DNA of 64,000 nucleotides, from positions 4,793-68,792 of the forward strand of contig DASVWS010000116.1 of the NCBI GenBank assembly GCA_036393095.1, written 5' to 3'. This DNA is from Gemmatimonadaceae bacterium. GTDB taxonomy: Bacteria; Gemmatimonadota; Gemmatimonadetes; Gemmatimonadales; Gemmatimonadaceae. Below, piece after piece: positions 53,567 through 63,548 of the stretch; positions within the stretch are counted from its first letter, which is position 1, and each line of letters opens with the position of its first letter. Position numbers and translations under genes: made by a program. Below the pieces are notes generated by a model that did not search any database, had not been told where the DNA came from, and saw only the letters and a program-made list of their open reading frames with translations.

Positions 53567-56041
53567 CTACTCGGCGCGGATCGCCGTCGTCGGGTCGATG
53601 CGCGCGGCCCGGCGCGCCGGCAGGTACGTCGCGGCGAGCGCGGCGGCCGCCAGGACCAGCGTGACGACGACGAACGTGGCGGGATCGGTGGCCGTGGTCT
53701 GGAACAGCATCGCGCGCAGCAACCGCGTGGCCAGGAGGGCGCCGGCCAGCCCCACGGCGGCGCCGAGCGTCACGAACAGGATGCCGTCGCGCAGCACGAG
53801 GCGGATGACGCTCCCATGGCCGGCGCCGAGGGCGATGCGAATGCCGATTTCGCGCGTGCGCTGCGAGACGCCGTAGGCGACGATGCCGTACAGCCCGACC
53901 GCCGCAACCAGCAGGGCACCGAACGCGAAGCCGGTCAGCACCGCGGTCACGAAGCGGGTCTGCGCGTCGACCGCCGCGGCGCCGCTCTGCATCACGCTCG
54001 GCTGGCCGCGGAATTGGAGGGCCGGATCGACGGCGCGAATCGCGGCCGTGATGGGCGCGAGCAGCCGCTGCGGATTGGGCGCGCGCGCGACGAAGCTCAT
54101 CCACGGCCAGACTTCGAGCGTGTACGGCAGGTAGACTTCGGGCTCGACGTTCGACGCGGGGCCGAACTCGTGCACGTCGGCCACGACGCCGATCACGGGC
54201 AGGGTGATCGGCTGTCCGAAATCGGCGCGCGCCTGCGACTGGCGCCGCACCGTGATCGTCTTGCCCAGCGGGCTCCGTCCCGGCCAGAGCTGCCTGGCGA
54301 GGCGCTCGCTCACGACCAGTCCCGACGGCGACCGCATGTCTGCATCGCTGAACCAGCGGCCGGTGACGAGTGGCATGCGCATCGTGCGCAGGTAGTCCGC
54401 CGACACGAGATGGTAGATCGCCTGCACCAGCGGCTGACCGTCGGCGGGAACGCCGGCCTCGAGCACGGGCGTGGAGAGGAGCGCGCCGCCGGCGGCCGCG
54501 GCCGACTGCACGCCGGGCACGGCGTTCACCGCGGCGAGAATTCGCGCGTACAACTCCGCCGCCGCCTGCGGCGCATCGTACCGATGGGAATCCGGCGACA
54601 GGGTGAAGCCGATCAGATTGGTGGCGTCATACCCCGGAGACACGGTCGCCAGCCGCCGGAAGCTCCGGATGAGCAGCCCGGATCCGATGAGCAGGGTGAG
54701 CGCCAGGGCGAACTGGAGCGAGACGAGCAGGTTCCGCGTATGCCGCTCGCGGTGCGCGCCTGCGCCGGCGGCGCCGCCCTCGCGGATGCGCTGCATCGCG
54801 TCGCCCCGTCCGGCCTGGAGCGCGGGCGCGAGACCCACGAGGATCGCGGTGAGCATGGAGGCGCCGAGCGCGAACCAGAGCGCGCGGGCGTCCACCGCGA
54901 GGCGGTCGGTGAACGGCAGCAGCGCGCCCAGCGAACGGCGCGCGTATCCCACGATGGCCGAGGCGAGCGCTGCGCCGAGGGCGCCCGCGACGAGCGAGAC
55001 CACCAGCGATTCGGCGAAGAGCTGCCGGGCGAGGCGCCAGCGCCCGGCGCCGAGCGCGGCGCGGATCGCCAGTTCGCGGGCGCGCGTGCTGCCTCGCACG
55101 AGAAAGAGATTGGCGACGTTCGCACACGCGAGCAGCAGTACGAGCCCGATCGCCCCGGAGACGAGCAGCAGCGAGCGGGGCAGGTCGCCGAACAGCTCGG
55201 CGCGCATCGATTGGAGTCCCACCGACGGCCAGTGTTCCTGCTCGGCGGGGTACTGTGCGGCAAGACGACGCTGCACCACGCGCATCGCGGCCACGGCGCG
55301 CGCCGAGTCCACGCCCGGGCGCAGCCGCACGAGGGCGCGGCTGTCCACGTGCAGGCCGCGCCGGGCGAGCACGCCGGGGTGCGCGGCGCGGAACGCGGCG
55401 ATCGGCTCCCAGAGCTGGACCGGCGCCCAGTAGTTGCCGCCGAAGTTCGGATACGCGAATCCGCGCGGCATCACGCCGACGATCGTCGTCGGCACGCTGT
55501 CCATGTCGACCGTCGTGCCGAGCACGCGCCGGCTGCCGCCGAACCGGTCCATGAACAGGTCGTACGAGATCACGGCGACACGCGGTCCGCCCGCCCGCTC
55601 CTCGTCGTCGCCGAACGTCCGCCCGAGCAGGGGCGGCGTGCCCATGAAGGCGAAGAAGCCCGGCGTCACGTAGCCGACGAGCATGCGCTGCGGCTGGCCG
55701 TCGCGGTCGGCGATGGACAGCGCGTCGCCGCGCACGAAGGCGACGTCCTCGATGGGAGAGTCGGCCGCGCCGAGCTGGGCCTTCCAATCGAGGTACGTGG
55801 GGAAGGAGGGCAGGCGGAGGCTGCCGTCGTCGCGCTGCTCGAACACGGTCCGGAGCCGGTCGGGCGCGCGATAGGGGAGCCCGAGCACCAGCACCGGGTC
55901 CACGATGCTGAACGCCGCCGTCGTTCCTGCGACCCCGAGCGCCAGGGTGGCGATGGCGACCATCGCGAAGGCCGGGGAGCGACGGAGGGTGCGGACGGCG
56001 TAGAGCAGATCGCGAATGGCGCCGGTGATCGATGCGGGCAT
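53567..56041 (-). CDS. Duplicated FtsX/MacB-type ABC permease (ADOP-like), no adjacent ATPase
   Basis: Distal 824 codons of ORF 53567..56758, starting MPASITGAIRDLLYAVRTLRRSPAFAMVAIATLALGV. Two FtsX-like 4-TM modules, each preceded by a periplasmic domain. Ends ...RAARIDPTTAIRAE. Confidence 0.8.
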   Translation of the reverse strand: MPASITGAIRDLLYAVRTLRRSPAFAMVAIATLALGVAGTTAAFSIVDPVLVLGLPYRAPDRLRTVFEQRDDGSLRLPSFPTYLDWKAQLGAADSPIEDVAFVRGDALSIADRDGQPQRMLVGYVTPGFFAFMGTPPLLGRTFGDDEERAGGPRVAVISYDLFMDRFGGSRRVLGTTVDMDSVPTTIVGVMPRGFAYPNFGGNYWAPVQLWEPIAAFRAAHPGVLARRGLHVDSRALVRLRPGVDSARAVAAMRVVQRRLAAQYPAEQEHWPSVGLQSMRAELFGDLPRSLLLVSGAIGLVLLLACANVANLFLVRGSTRARELAIRAALGAGRWRLARQLFAESLVVSLVAGALGAALASAIVGYARRSLGALLPFTDRLAVDARALWFALGASMLTAILVGLAPALQAGRGDAMQRIREGGAAGAGAHRERHTRNLLVSLQFALALTLLIGSGLLIRSFRRLATVSPGYDATNLIGFTLSPDSHRYDAPQAAAELYARILAAVNAVPGVQSAAAAGGALLSTPVLEAGVPADGQPLVQAIYHLVSADYLRTMRMPLVTGRWFSDADMRSPSGLVVSERLARQLWPGRSPLGKTITVRRQSQARADFGQPITLPVIGVVADVHEFGPASNVEPEVYLPYTLEVWPWMSFVARAPNPQRLLAPITAAIRAVDPALQFRGQPSVMQSGAAAVDAQTRFVTAVLTGFAFGALLVAAVGLYGIVAYGVSQRTREIGIRIALGAGHGSVIRLVLRDGILFVTLGAAVGLAGALLATRLLRAMLFQTTATDPATFVVVTLVLAAAALAATYLPARRAARIDPTTAIRAE

Positions 56042-56222
56042 GAGCGAAGCAGACGATGGCGGAAAGGAGGCGGGTTCACGGAGAGAATCGCGACGCGGGC
56101 GCGCCGGCGGAAGTGCCCGGCACGGCGCCGCGGACCGCGGCTTCCCGCCGGCGCCGTCCGGCGGTAGTGTAGACGCGTGGCGCCGTCGCCGCTTTTCGTT
56201 CCCCCTGCCTCCGGAGTCGCCG

Positions 56223-57116
56223 ATGTCCCCCGCCCGCATGCTCTCGCTCGCCACCGCATTCGTGCTCGCCGCCGTTCCTGCGCGCGCGCAGGGACACCCG
56301 AACCTCCCGCCCAGCGACTCGACGGCCCGGGCGCGGCTCAACGACAGTCCGCGGCACGGCGAGTGGGTGAAGATTCCGTGGGGTGACGGGCAGGGCGATT
56401 CGCTCATGGCGTACGTGGTGTATCCGATCACGGCGCGCGAGCATTCGCCGGTCGTCGTCGTGGTGCACGAGATCTTCGGGCTCAGCACGTGGATTCGCGG
56501 GGTGACGGACCAGGTGGCCGCCGAGGGGTTCATCGCCATCGCGCCGGATCTCAACTCGCGCACGCGCGGCGGGCCGTCCACCCAGGAGCTCTCGCGCGAC
56601 AGCGCGACGAAGCTCATCCGCGGGGTGCCGGTGACGGACCGGAACGCCGGCATCACGGCCGCGGCGCGGTACGCGATGTCGCTGGCGTCGGCCGAGCACC
56701 GGTACGCGGTGATCGGATTCTGCTGGGGCGGGAGCGCGACGTGGGGGTACGCCATCAATGGCGGGATCGCCGGCTATTCGGGGGGCGTGGCGTTCTACGG
56801 CACGCCGTACCTGGCCAACGGTGCGCCGATCGTGGACTCGCTGAAGAAGATCGACCGGCCGGTGATGCTGCTGAGCGGTTCGCTCGATCCGCGCATCGGC
56901 GCGGCGATGCCCGCCATCGAGTCGGACATGCGCTCGCTGGGCAAGGACTACTTCGGGCGCAACTACGAGGGGGCGATCCACGGCTTCATGCGCGCGCAGG
57001 ACGACCCGGTGATGCCGGTGCGCAAGCCGGCCGAGGAGCACGCCAACCTGGTGGCGGCCGAGGACGCGTGGCCGCGCACGGTGGCGTTCCTGAAGCGGCA
57101 GCTCGGCATTCAGTAG
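56223..57116 (+). CDS. Dienelactone hydrolase family protein, secreted
   Basis: Starts MSPARMLSLATAFVLAAVPARAQ. VVVVHEIFGL and the nucleophile motif VIGFCWGGS. The upstream part of ORF 56016 is rejected. Confidence 0.75.
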   Translation: MSPARMLSLATAFVLAAVPARAQGHPNLPPSDSTARARLNDSPRHGEWVKIPWGDGQGDSLMAYVVYPITAREHSPVVVVVHEIFGLSTWIRGVTDQVAAEGFIAIAPDLNSRTRGGPSTQELSRDSATKLIRGVPVTDRNAGITAAARYAMSLASAEHRYAVIGFCWGGSATWGYAINGGIAGYSGGVAFYGTPYLANGAPIVDSLKKIDRPVMLLSGSLDPRIGAAMPAIESDMRSLGKDYFGRNYEGAIHGFMRAQDDPVMPVRKPAEEHANLVAAEDAWPRTVAFLKRQLGIQ

Positions 57117-57766
57117 CGGGCGGCGCGCCGCGCGGGCCGCGCCGCGGAGTGCCGGATGCCGGCGAGCGAGAACTCGACGATGTGGTCGGCCGCGGCGGCC
57201 AGCTCGGCGCTGCCCGGCGGCCAGCTGGGAAACGCGGAGTCGCGGAACTTGTTGGGCGCCGCGTAGAACAGGCACTGCGCCTGGATGCTGAGCGTGCAGC
57301 GATGCACGCGGCGGTCGGTGGGGCGCGCGTCCATCAACTCGGCGACGAGCGCGCGCAGGTAGCGGATGCGCGGCATCAGCGCCTGCTCGGCGATCCACGG
57401 CGCGAGCGGCGTTGGCTCCATGCTCTCATGGGCCATGAGCTGGTGCACCCAGGCGGCGCGCGCCCGGTCGGGCGCGCGGCCGTTGCGCGCGACCGTGCGC
57501 AGGTAGGCGCTCACGTAGCGGTGGAGCCGCTCGACCGGCGGGCGGTCGCCGGCGGCGAAGATCATTCGCTCGGACGACGTGCGGATCGCGTCGACCGCGG
57601 CGCCGACCACTTCGCGATAGAGGCCGAGCTTTCCGCCGAAGTGGTAGTTGACGGCGGCGACATTGGCCCCGGCGGCGCGGCAGAGGTCGCGGACGCTGAC
57701 GTTGCGGTAGCCGTGGGCGGCGAACTGCTTCGTGGCGACGCGCACGAGGCGGTCGCGCGTGGTCAC
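57110..57766 (-). CDS. TetR-family transcriptional regulator
   Basis: N-terminal HTH FAAHGYRNVSVRDLCRAAGANVAAVNYHFGGK. 4-nt overlap with the upstream permease gene. Confidence 0.8.
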   Translation of the reverse strand: MTTRDRLVRVATKQFAAHGYRNVSVRDLCRAAGANVAAVNYHFGGKLGLYREVVGAAVDAIRTSSERMIFAAGDRPPVERLHRYVSAYLRTVARNGRAPDRARAAWVHQLMAHESMEPTPLAPWIAEQALMPRIRYLRALVAELMDARPTDRRVHRCTLSIQAQCLFYAAPNKFRDSAFPSWPPGSAELAAAADHIVEFSLAGIRHSAARPARRAARY

Positions 57767-58881
57767 GACAGCGTCCTGCGGAAGAGGAGCGTGGCCGCGA
57801 TCATGGTGAGCAAGCCGAACGCGAGGAGGTACGCGAGATCGAATCCGATGGCCGCGAAGCCGGTGTTCTTGAGGAAGAGGCTCTTGAACGCGTGCACCGC
57901 GTACGTGAACGGATCGACGACCGCGATGGCGCGCATCCAGCCGGGGAACGCCTGCTGGGGATACACGGCGCCGCTGGGGAACCAGAGGAGCGTGTTGATC
58001 ACGCCGAACAGGGCGCGGGGGAGCAGCGGGTCCTCCATGCGGACCATGATCAGGAACATGAAGCTGACCAGGGCCACCGCGGTCACGGCGACGACGACGA
58101 TCAGGCGGAGCAGGCGCACCGGATCGAGCGGATCGGGAATGCCGGCCACGACGGAGCCGATGGTCATGAGCACGACGCCCGACAGCATGGCCTTGATGGC
58201 GCCGGAGACGTTGAAGCCGAGGATGAGCTCGAGGCGGGTGACCGGGGTGACGAGATAGCCCTCGTGCAGTCCGCGCGCCTTGTCGTCGATGAAGATGATG
58301 CCGCCGCCGATCATGACCATCATGAAGATGGACATGACGATCGTGCCGGGGAGCAGGTACTGGATGTACGGCACGTACGGATACAGCTCGACCGTTTCGA
58401 GCGTGGCCTGGGTCGAGAGCCGCCGGGTGGAGGGAGGCGGCTGGTTGTATGCGGCGAGGAGGCCGCTGAACGCGCCGGCGAGGCTCGCGCTCACGAAGTT
58501 GTCGGTGTTGTCCTCGATGAGCGCCACGCGCGGGTCGTCGCCGGAGAGCATGCGGCGCGAGAACCCGGGCGGGATCGTGAGCACGCCGTTGACGCGTCCG
58601 TTGCGCAGCGCCTCGATGGCCTGCCCCCGGTCGGCGAAGGGGATGGTGGTGAAGGTGGCGGCGTTGGCGGTGACGGCATTCGCCAGCTCGTGCAACTTGA
58701 CGGCGGGCACGCCGCCGTCCTGATCGACGACGCCCACCTTGAGGTGCTTCACATTGCCGCCGAACGCGTAGCCGAGCACGACGAGCTGCAGCAGCGGCAT
58801 GAACAGCGACATCCAGATGAGCATCGGGCTGCGGCGGAAGCGGCGCAGGTCGCGCTCGATGATGGCCCAGGCGCGTTTCAT
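57763..58881 (-). CDS. ABC-2 type transporter permease
   Basis: 372 aa with an N-terminal TM, a large extracytoplasmic loop and 5 C-terminal TM helices. Downstream of the ABC ATPase. Confidence 0.8.
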   Translation of the reverse strand: MKRAWAIIERDLRRFRRSPMLIWMSLFMPLLQLVVLGYAFGGNVKHLKVGVVDQDGGVPAVKLHELANAVTANAATFTTIPFADRGQAIEALRNGRVNGVLTIPPGFSRRMLSGDDPRVALIEDNTDNFVSASLAGAFSGLLAAYNQPPPSTRRLSTQATLETVELYPYVPYIQYLLPGTIVMSIFMMVMIGGGIIFIDDKARGLHEGYLVTPVTRLELILGFNVSGAIKAMLSGVVLMTIGSVVAGIPDPLDPVRLLRLIVVVAVTAVALVSFMFLIMVRMEDPLLPRALFGVINTLLWFPSGAVYPQQAFPGWMRAIAVVDPFTYAVHAFKSLFLKNTGFAAIGFDLAYLLAFGLLTMIAATLLFRRTLS

Positions 58882-58885
58882 GCGG

Positions 58886-59881
58886 CTACCTCCGCATCGT
58901 GATGGCGCGGCGCTCGCTCATCGGCTGCTCCTGCAGCGCATCGCGCAGCTGGTGGCCGGTGAAGTGGACGAACACGTCGTCGAGCGAGGTGCTCTCCACG
59001 GCGAGCGACCGGATGGTGACGCCGGCCTCGGCGGCCGCCGTCATCAGGGCCATCGTGGTCTGTGGGCCGCTGTCGGACATGATTCGGAACACCGGCGCCT
59101 CGCCTTCCACCCGCTCCACCGCGGGGAGGGCGGCGAGCCGCGCCTTCCAGTCGGGGGGCGTGTCGGAGAAGGCGACCTCGAGCGTGTTCTCGCCCGGCGT
59201 GTTGGCCTTGAGCTTCATCGGCGAGTCGAGCGCCATGAGCTTGCCGTGGTCCACGATGGCGATCCGGTCGCAGAGCTTGTCGGCCTCGTCCATGTAGTGG
59301 GTGGTGAGGAGCACGGTGAGGTCGCGCTCGTGCTTGATCTTGCGGAGCATCTCCCACACCGAGGTGCGGGACACCGGGTCGAGGCCGGTGGTGGGCTCGT
59401 CGAGGAAGAGGATGGTGGGTTCGTGCACGAGGCCGCGCGCGATCTCCACGCGGCGGCGCATGCCGCCGGAGAGGTGCTTCACCGGGGCGTCGGCCCACTG
59501 GGTGAGCTCCACCGCCGCCAGCAGCTCGGCGATCAGCGGCTTCCGCCGCTCGCGCGGCACGCCGTACAGCTTGGCGAAAATGAGCAGATTCTCATAGGCG
59601 CTGAGCTCGAGGTCGCTGGTCATCGCCTGCGGAATCACGCCGATGGCGCGGCGGACCTCATCGGGCTCGGCCACGATGTCGTGGCCGTCCACGAGCGCCG
59701 TGCCCTCGGTGGGCAGGAGCAGCGTGGTGAGCATGCGGATGAGCGTGGACTTGCCCGCGCCGTTGGGGCCGAGCAGGCCGAAGATCTCGCCGTCGTCGAC
59801 CGCGAACGAGATGGCGTCCACGGCGGTGAAGGCGCCGAACCGCTTGGTGATGGCGCGGACGTCGATGGCCGGACGGCTCAC
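58886..59881 (-). CDS. ABC transporter ATP-binding protein (DrrA-like)
   Basis: Walker A GPNGAGKST, signature LSGGMRRR and Walker B ILFLDEPT. Confidence 0.9.
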   Translation of the reverse strand: MSRPAIDVRAITKRFGAFTAVDAISFAVDDGEIFGLLGPNGAGKSTLIRMLTTLLLPTEGTALVDGHDIVAEPDEVRRAIGVIPQAMTSDLELSAYENLLIFAKLYGVPRERRKPLIAELLAAVELTQWADAPVKHLSGGMRRRVEIARGLVHEPTILFLDEPTTGLDPVSRTSVWEMLRKIKHERDLTVLLTTHYMDEADKLCDRIAIVDHGKLMALDSPMKLKANTPGENTLEVAFSDTPPDWKARLAALPAVERVEGEAPVFRIMSDSGPQTTMALMTAAAEAGVTIRSLAVESTSLDDVFVHFTGHQLRDALQEQPMSERRAITMRR

Positions 59882-60927
59882 GGCCGGCGCACCGGCAGCA
59901 GCACGTAGGCCGTCATGCCGACGGCCAGCCGGCGGTCGGCGTTGGGCACGCGGAGGCGGATCTCGAACGTGCGAATATCGCGCTTGGTGCGGCTGACGTC
60001 GCGCGCGGTGGCGAAGCCGGCGTCCACGGCGCGGTAGAACACGGTGCCGGTGCGCGTGGCGCCCGACGGCAGGCGCACGGTGAGCGTGTCGCCCAGCCGC
60101 ACGCGGTCGATGTACGTCTCCTCGACGTCGGCGCGCACCCAGAGGCTGTCGGGGTTGACGAGCGTGACGATGGCCTGGCCGGCGTTGACGAATTCACCCA
60201 CGCGCGCGGCGCGCACGTCGACGACGCCGGCCATCGGCGCGCGGATCTCGGTGTAGGCCAGGCGCACGTCGGCCTTGCGCGTCTGCGCGGCGGCGGCGCG
60301 CTGCTGGTCGCGCGCCGCCTGGAGCGCGCTGCGCTTGATGGCCACCTGATCCTGCGCGGCCCGGGCGAGCGCGACCGCGGCCTGCTGCGCTTCGACCTGC
60401 CGGGTGGAGGCCTCGACGCGCGAGGCGATCACGCTGTAGGCGGTGCGCGCCGAATCGAGCTGCTGCGGGGCGATCCCGCCGGTGGTGGCCATGGCCTCGT
60501 AGCGGTCGAGCACGCGCCTGGTGTTGACCATCGACGCGGAATCTTCGGAGGCCTGCGCGACGGCGGATGCGAGATTGGCGCGCGCCTGGCGGAGCTGCTC
60601 GGCGGCCTGCGTTTCCTGGAAGCGCAGCTCCGACTCGCTGGCCTGCACCTGCGAGGCCGCGGCCTGCGCCGAGCGCGCGTAGAAGCTCTGGTCGGCGGCG
60701 AGCTCGCCGGGCGCGAGCACGGCCAGCAGATCCCCCGCTCGCACGGAATCGCCCTCGGTCACCAGCAGCCGGCTCACCTGCCCCGGCACCTGGGGACTCA
60801 CGATGACGTCGTTGGTGGTGACGATGCCCGTGAGGGTGAGCGTCGACGGGGGGCGGAGCAGGAGATACGCGGCGACCACGACGACGAGCAGCACGCCGGC
60901 AACGACGAACAGGCGCTTGCGGTTCAT
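59878..60927 (-). CDS. HlyD-family membrane fusion protein
   Basis: MNRKRLFVVAGVLLVVVVAAYLL anchor, a lipoyl-like hairpin (VTEGDSVRAGDLLAVL) and long coiled-coil Ala/Gln-rich segments. Start at ATG 60927 inside ORF 59878..60963. Confidence 0.8.
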   Translation of the reverse strand: MNRKRLFVVAGVLLVVVVAAYLLLRPPSTLTLTGIVTTNDVIVSPQVPGQVSRLLVTEGDSVRAGDLLAVLAPGELAADQSFYARSAQAAASQVQASESELRFQETQAAEQLRQARANLASAVAQASEDSASMVNTRRVLDRYEAMATTGGIAPQQLDSARTAYSVIASRVEASTRQVEAQQAAVALARAAQDQVAIKRSALQAARDQQRAAAAQTRKADVRLAYTEIRAPMAGVVDVRAARVGEFVNAGQAIVTLVNPDSLWVRADVEETYIDRVRLGDTLTVRLPSGATRTGTVFYRAVDAGFATARDVSRTKRDIRTFEIRLRVPNADRRLAVGMTAYVLLPVRRP

Positions 60928-61079
60928 GCGGGCACTCCGGACCGGCGAGCCGGTTGGGGACACGGGCGGATGCGGGAGACCCCGATGCTAAAACGACTGT
61001 TTGAACAAATCAAGGCCGCGCGGCGGGCGACGCTGAGTCCAACCTGGGTGGCGCAGGCACAGCGGCCCGATCCGGCGGG

Positions 61080-62327
61080 TCAGCGCTGGTTGTCCGACCG
61101 GGGACCGCCGATGGTGAAGGAGAAGGTCGCCCCGCGATCCGGCGCGGCGTCGGCCCAGACGTCGCCGCCATGGCGGTGGACGATGCGCCGCACGGTGGCC
61201 AGTCCGACGCCGGTGCCGGCGAATTCCTCCGCCGAGTGCAGGCGCTGGAAGGCGTCGAACAGCTTGCCGGCGTATTGCATGTCGAACCCCACGCCGTTGT
61301 CGCGGACGAACAGCACAAGGCGGCCGCCGACGTCGGTGCTGCCGATCGCGATGCGCGCGGGGCGCCGGGGGCGCGTGTACTTCACCGCGTTGTCGATCAG
61401 GTTGGTGAAGACGATGCGCATGAGGCCCGGGTCGCATTCCACTTCGGGCATCGGCGCGATGTCCCACACGATCTCGCGCGCCTCGGCCTCGGCCTGACGA
61501 TCCCGCACGATCTGGGCGACGATGCCGCCGAGGTCGGCGGGACGCGGCTGCATGGCCTGGCGGCCCACCTGGGCCAGGGTGAGCAGGTCGGCGACGAGAC
61601 GTCCCATCTGCCGGGTGCCGTCGGTAATGCGCTGCAGATAGTGCAGCGCCTGCGGCGAGAGACCGTCGCCGGCGGCCTCGCGGAGCAGTTCGGCGAAGCC
61701 CTCGACCTGGCGCAGGGGCGCGCGCAGATCGTGCGACACCGAGTACGTGAACCCTTCCAGCTCCCGGTTCGCGGCTTCGAGCTGCGCGGTGCGCTCGGCC
61801 ACGCGCTGTTCCAGCTCGGCGTTCAGCCGGCGGATCGCTCTCGCCGCGCGCCGGCGCTCGCGGATCTCGCGCTTGATGCGTTCCACGCGGCGCCGCTCCG
61901 AGAGGTCGCGGATGGCGGCCATGGCGAGAGAACGCCTGCCCAGCTCGAGCGGACTGAGGCTCACCTCGACGGGGAACTCCGTGCCGTCCTTCCGCACGCC
62001 CGACAACTCGAGCCCGCTGCCCATGGGGCGACGGTGCGGATTGCCGAAGAACTGCCCGCGCAGTCCGGCGTGGCCGGCGCGCATCCGCGGCGGGACCAGG
62101 ATCTCGAGGGGGCGGCCGACCAATTCCCCGGGCTCGTATCTGAAGAGCCGCTCGGCTTCCGCGTTCACGAGCACCATGCAGCCCCCCCGGTTGACGAGGA
62201 CGATCGCGTCCGGCGCGGCGTCGAGGGCCCGGCGGAATTCGTCGTTCAGCGCCCGGCCGGCGCGCCGCGCGGCCGGCGAGCAGCCGCGCTTACTCGGCGA
62301 GCGGGACGAGGCCGAGCCGGACGGCAT
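61080..62327 (-). CDS. Cytoplasmic PAS-domain sensor histidine kinase
   Basis: PAS (APDAIVLVNRGG...GVRKDGTEFPVEVSLSP), H-box FTYSVSHDLRAPL, and N/G boxes (NAVKYT, DNGVGFD, GTGVGLA). The start is uncertain because it overlaps the RR gene by 38 nt. Confidence 0.8.
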   Translation of the reverse strand: MPSGSASSRSPSKRGCSPAARRAGRALNDEFRRALDAAPDAIVLVNRGGCMVLVNAEAERLFRYEPGELVGRPLEILVPPRMRAGHAGLRGQFFGNPHRRPMGSGLELSGVRKDGTEFPVEVSLSPLELGRRSLAMAAIRDLSERRRVERIKREIRERRRAARAIRRLNAELEQRVAERTAQLEAANRELEGFTYSVSHDLRAPLRQVEGFAELLREAAGDGLSPQALHYLQRITDGTRQMGRLVADLLTLAQVGRQAMQPRPADLGGIVAQIVRDRQAEAEAREIVWDIAPMPEVECDPGLMRIVFTNLIDNAVKYTRPRRPARIAIGSTDVGGRLVLFVRDNGVGFDMQYAGKLFDAFQRLHSAEEFAGTGVGLATVRRIVHRHGGDVWADAAPDRGATFSFTIGGPRSDNQR

Positions 62328-62877
62328 AGCGAACGAGCGTGACGGCGTCGTGAATGCCGGTGCGCTTCATGATCTCGCCCCGGTGCGTCTCGACGGTCTT
62401 GTCGCTGATGCCGAGACGCGCGGCGATCTCGCGCGTGGTGTGGCCTTCGGCCACGAGGCGCAGGACTTCGAGCTGGCGCGGGCTCAGTGTGTGCAGGGTG
62501 CGCCGCGCGGTGAGGGCGGCTTCGATGGCGGGCGCCAGGCGATGCAGGCCGTCCTTGAGCACGATGTCCTCGGCGCCGGCCCGGATGCACGCCACCGCCA
62601 TCGTCGCGTCGAGCGCGCCGGACACCACGATGAGGGGCGCCGTCGGGCGGACGGCGCGGAGGTCGCGCATGGCCGCCGGCGCGTTGTAGGCAGCGAGCGA
62701 ATGGTCGGAGAGCACGATGTCGGGCCCGAAGTCGCGCAGCGCGTGCACGAACTCGTCGCGGGAGGTGACGCGGTGCATGGTCACCGGACCCGCGGACCGG
62801 CTGAGCGTGCGCTCGATCAGTTCGCCGTCCGCTTCGCTATCTTCGAGCAGGAGGACGCGGAGTCTCGATTCAGGCAT
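62290..62877 (-). CDS. NarL/LuxR-family response regulator
   Basis: REC (RVLLLEDSEAD, DIVLSDHSL) plus a LuxR HTH (LSPRQLEVLRLVAEGHTTREIAARLGISDKTVETHR). Start at ATG 62877 inside ORF 62290..62982. Confidence 0.8.
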   Translation of the reverse strand: MPESRLRVLLLEDSEADGELIERTLSRSAGPVTMHRVTSRDEFVHALRDFGPDIVLSDHSLAAYNAPAAMRDLRAVRPTAPLIVVSGALDATMAVACIRAGAEDIVLKDGLHRLAPAIEAALTARRTLHTLSPRQLEVLRLVAEGHTTREIAARLGISDKTVETHRGEIMKRTGIHDAVTLVRYAVRLGLVPLAE

Positions 62878-63031
62878 GTCGCAGGCACTCGTCTCGGTTG
62901 ATATCCTATCAGTAATGCCATGTATTGGCGAATCACAAGGGGAGCGCGCGCCAACCGCGTAGATCACGCGTGCGTTCGCCATCGAATCCGGTGATCCCCC
63001 GAGTGTTCGCCCTTCACCGTCCCGTACGACG

Positions 63032-63532
63032 ATGCCTGCTGCCTACTATCTGAACGTCACGATCCACGTGCTCGCGGCGATGTTCTGGCTCGGGGGCATG
63101 TTCTTTCTCGCGGTCGTCGGTGCGCCGGCGCTGCGGGCCGTGCAGCCGCCGGCGCTGCGACAGCAACTCTTCCAGGAGTTGGGCGTGCGGTTCCGCACCG
63201 CGGGGTGGTGGGCGATCGGCGTCCTGGTCGTGACGGGCGTGATCAATCTGCACTACCGTCACTGGCTCCAGTGGGACGGCCTGCTGGACAGTCCGGCGTT
63301 CTGGCGGACGGCAACCGGGCACTCGCTGGCGGCGAAGCTCGGTGCGGTGGTCGCCATGATCGTGGTGAGCTTCATCCACGATTTCATCGTGGGGCCGCGG
63401 GCAGGGCTGGCGAAGCCCGGAAGCGCCGAGGCGGCGACGCTGCGCCGCCGCGCGGCGTGGCTCGCGCGCGTGAACGCGGTGTTGGGACTTATTCTGGTGA
63501 TCGCGGCGGTACGGCTGGCCCGCGGCAGCTAG
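63032..63532 (+). CDS. CopD/HemJ-superfamily-like small membrane protein
   Basis: 166 aa, 4 predicted TM. First helix NVTIHVLAAMFWLGGMFFLAVV has a conserved-looking His. The assignment is tentative. Confidence 0.4.
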   Translation: MPAAYYLNVTIHVLAAMFWLGGMFFLAVVGAPALRAVQPPALRQQLFQELGVRFRTAGWWAIGVLVVTGVINLHYRHWLQWDGLLDSPAFWRTATGHSLAAKLGAVVAMIVVSFIHDFIVGPRAGLAKPGSAEAATLRRRAAWLARVNAVLGLILVIAAVRLARGS

Positions 63533-63548
63533 TGCGCGCGCCCGTTGC

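Noticed and set aside
56042-56758. 239-codon N-terminal extension of the permease ORF 53567..56758
   Set aside because: The extension overlaps the divergent dienelactone hydrolase gene and lacks permease features. The canonical MacB/FtsX N-terminus begins at M240 (ATG 56041).
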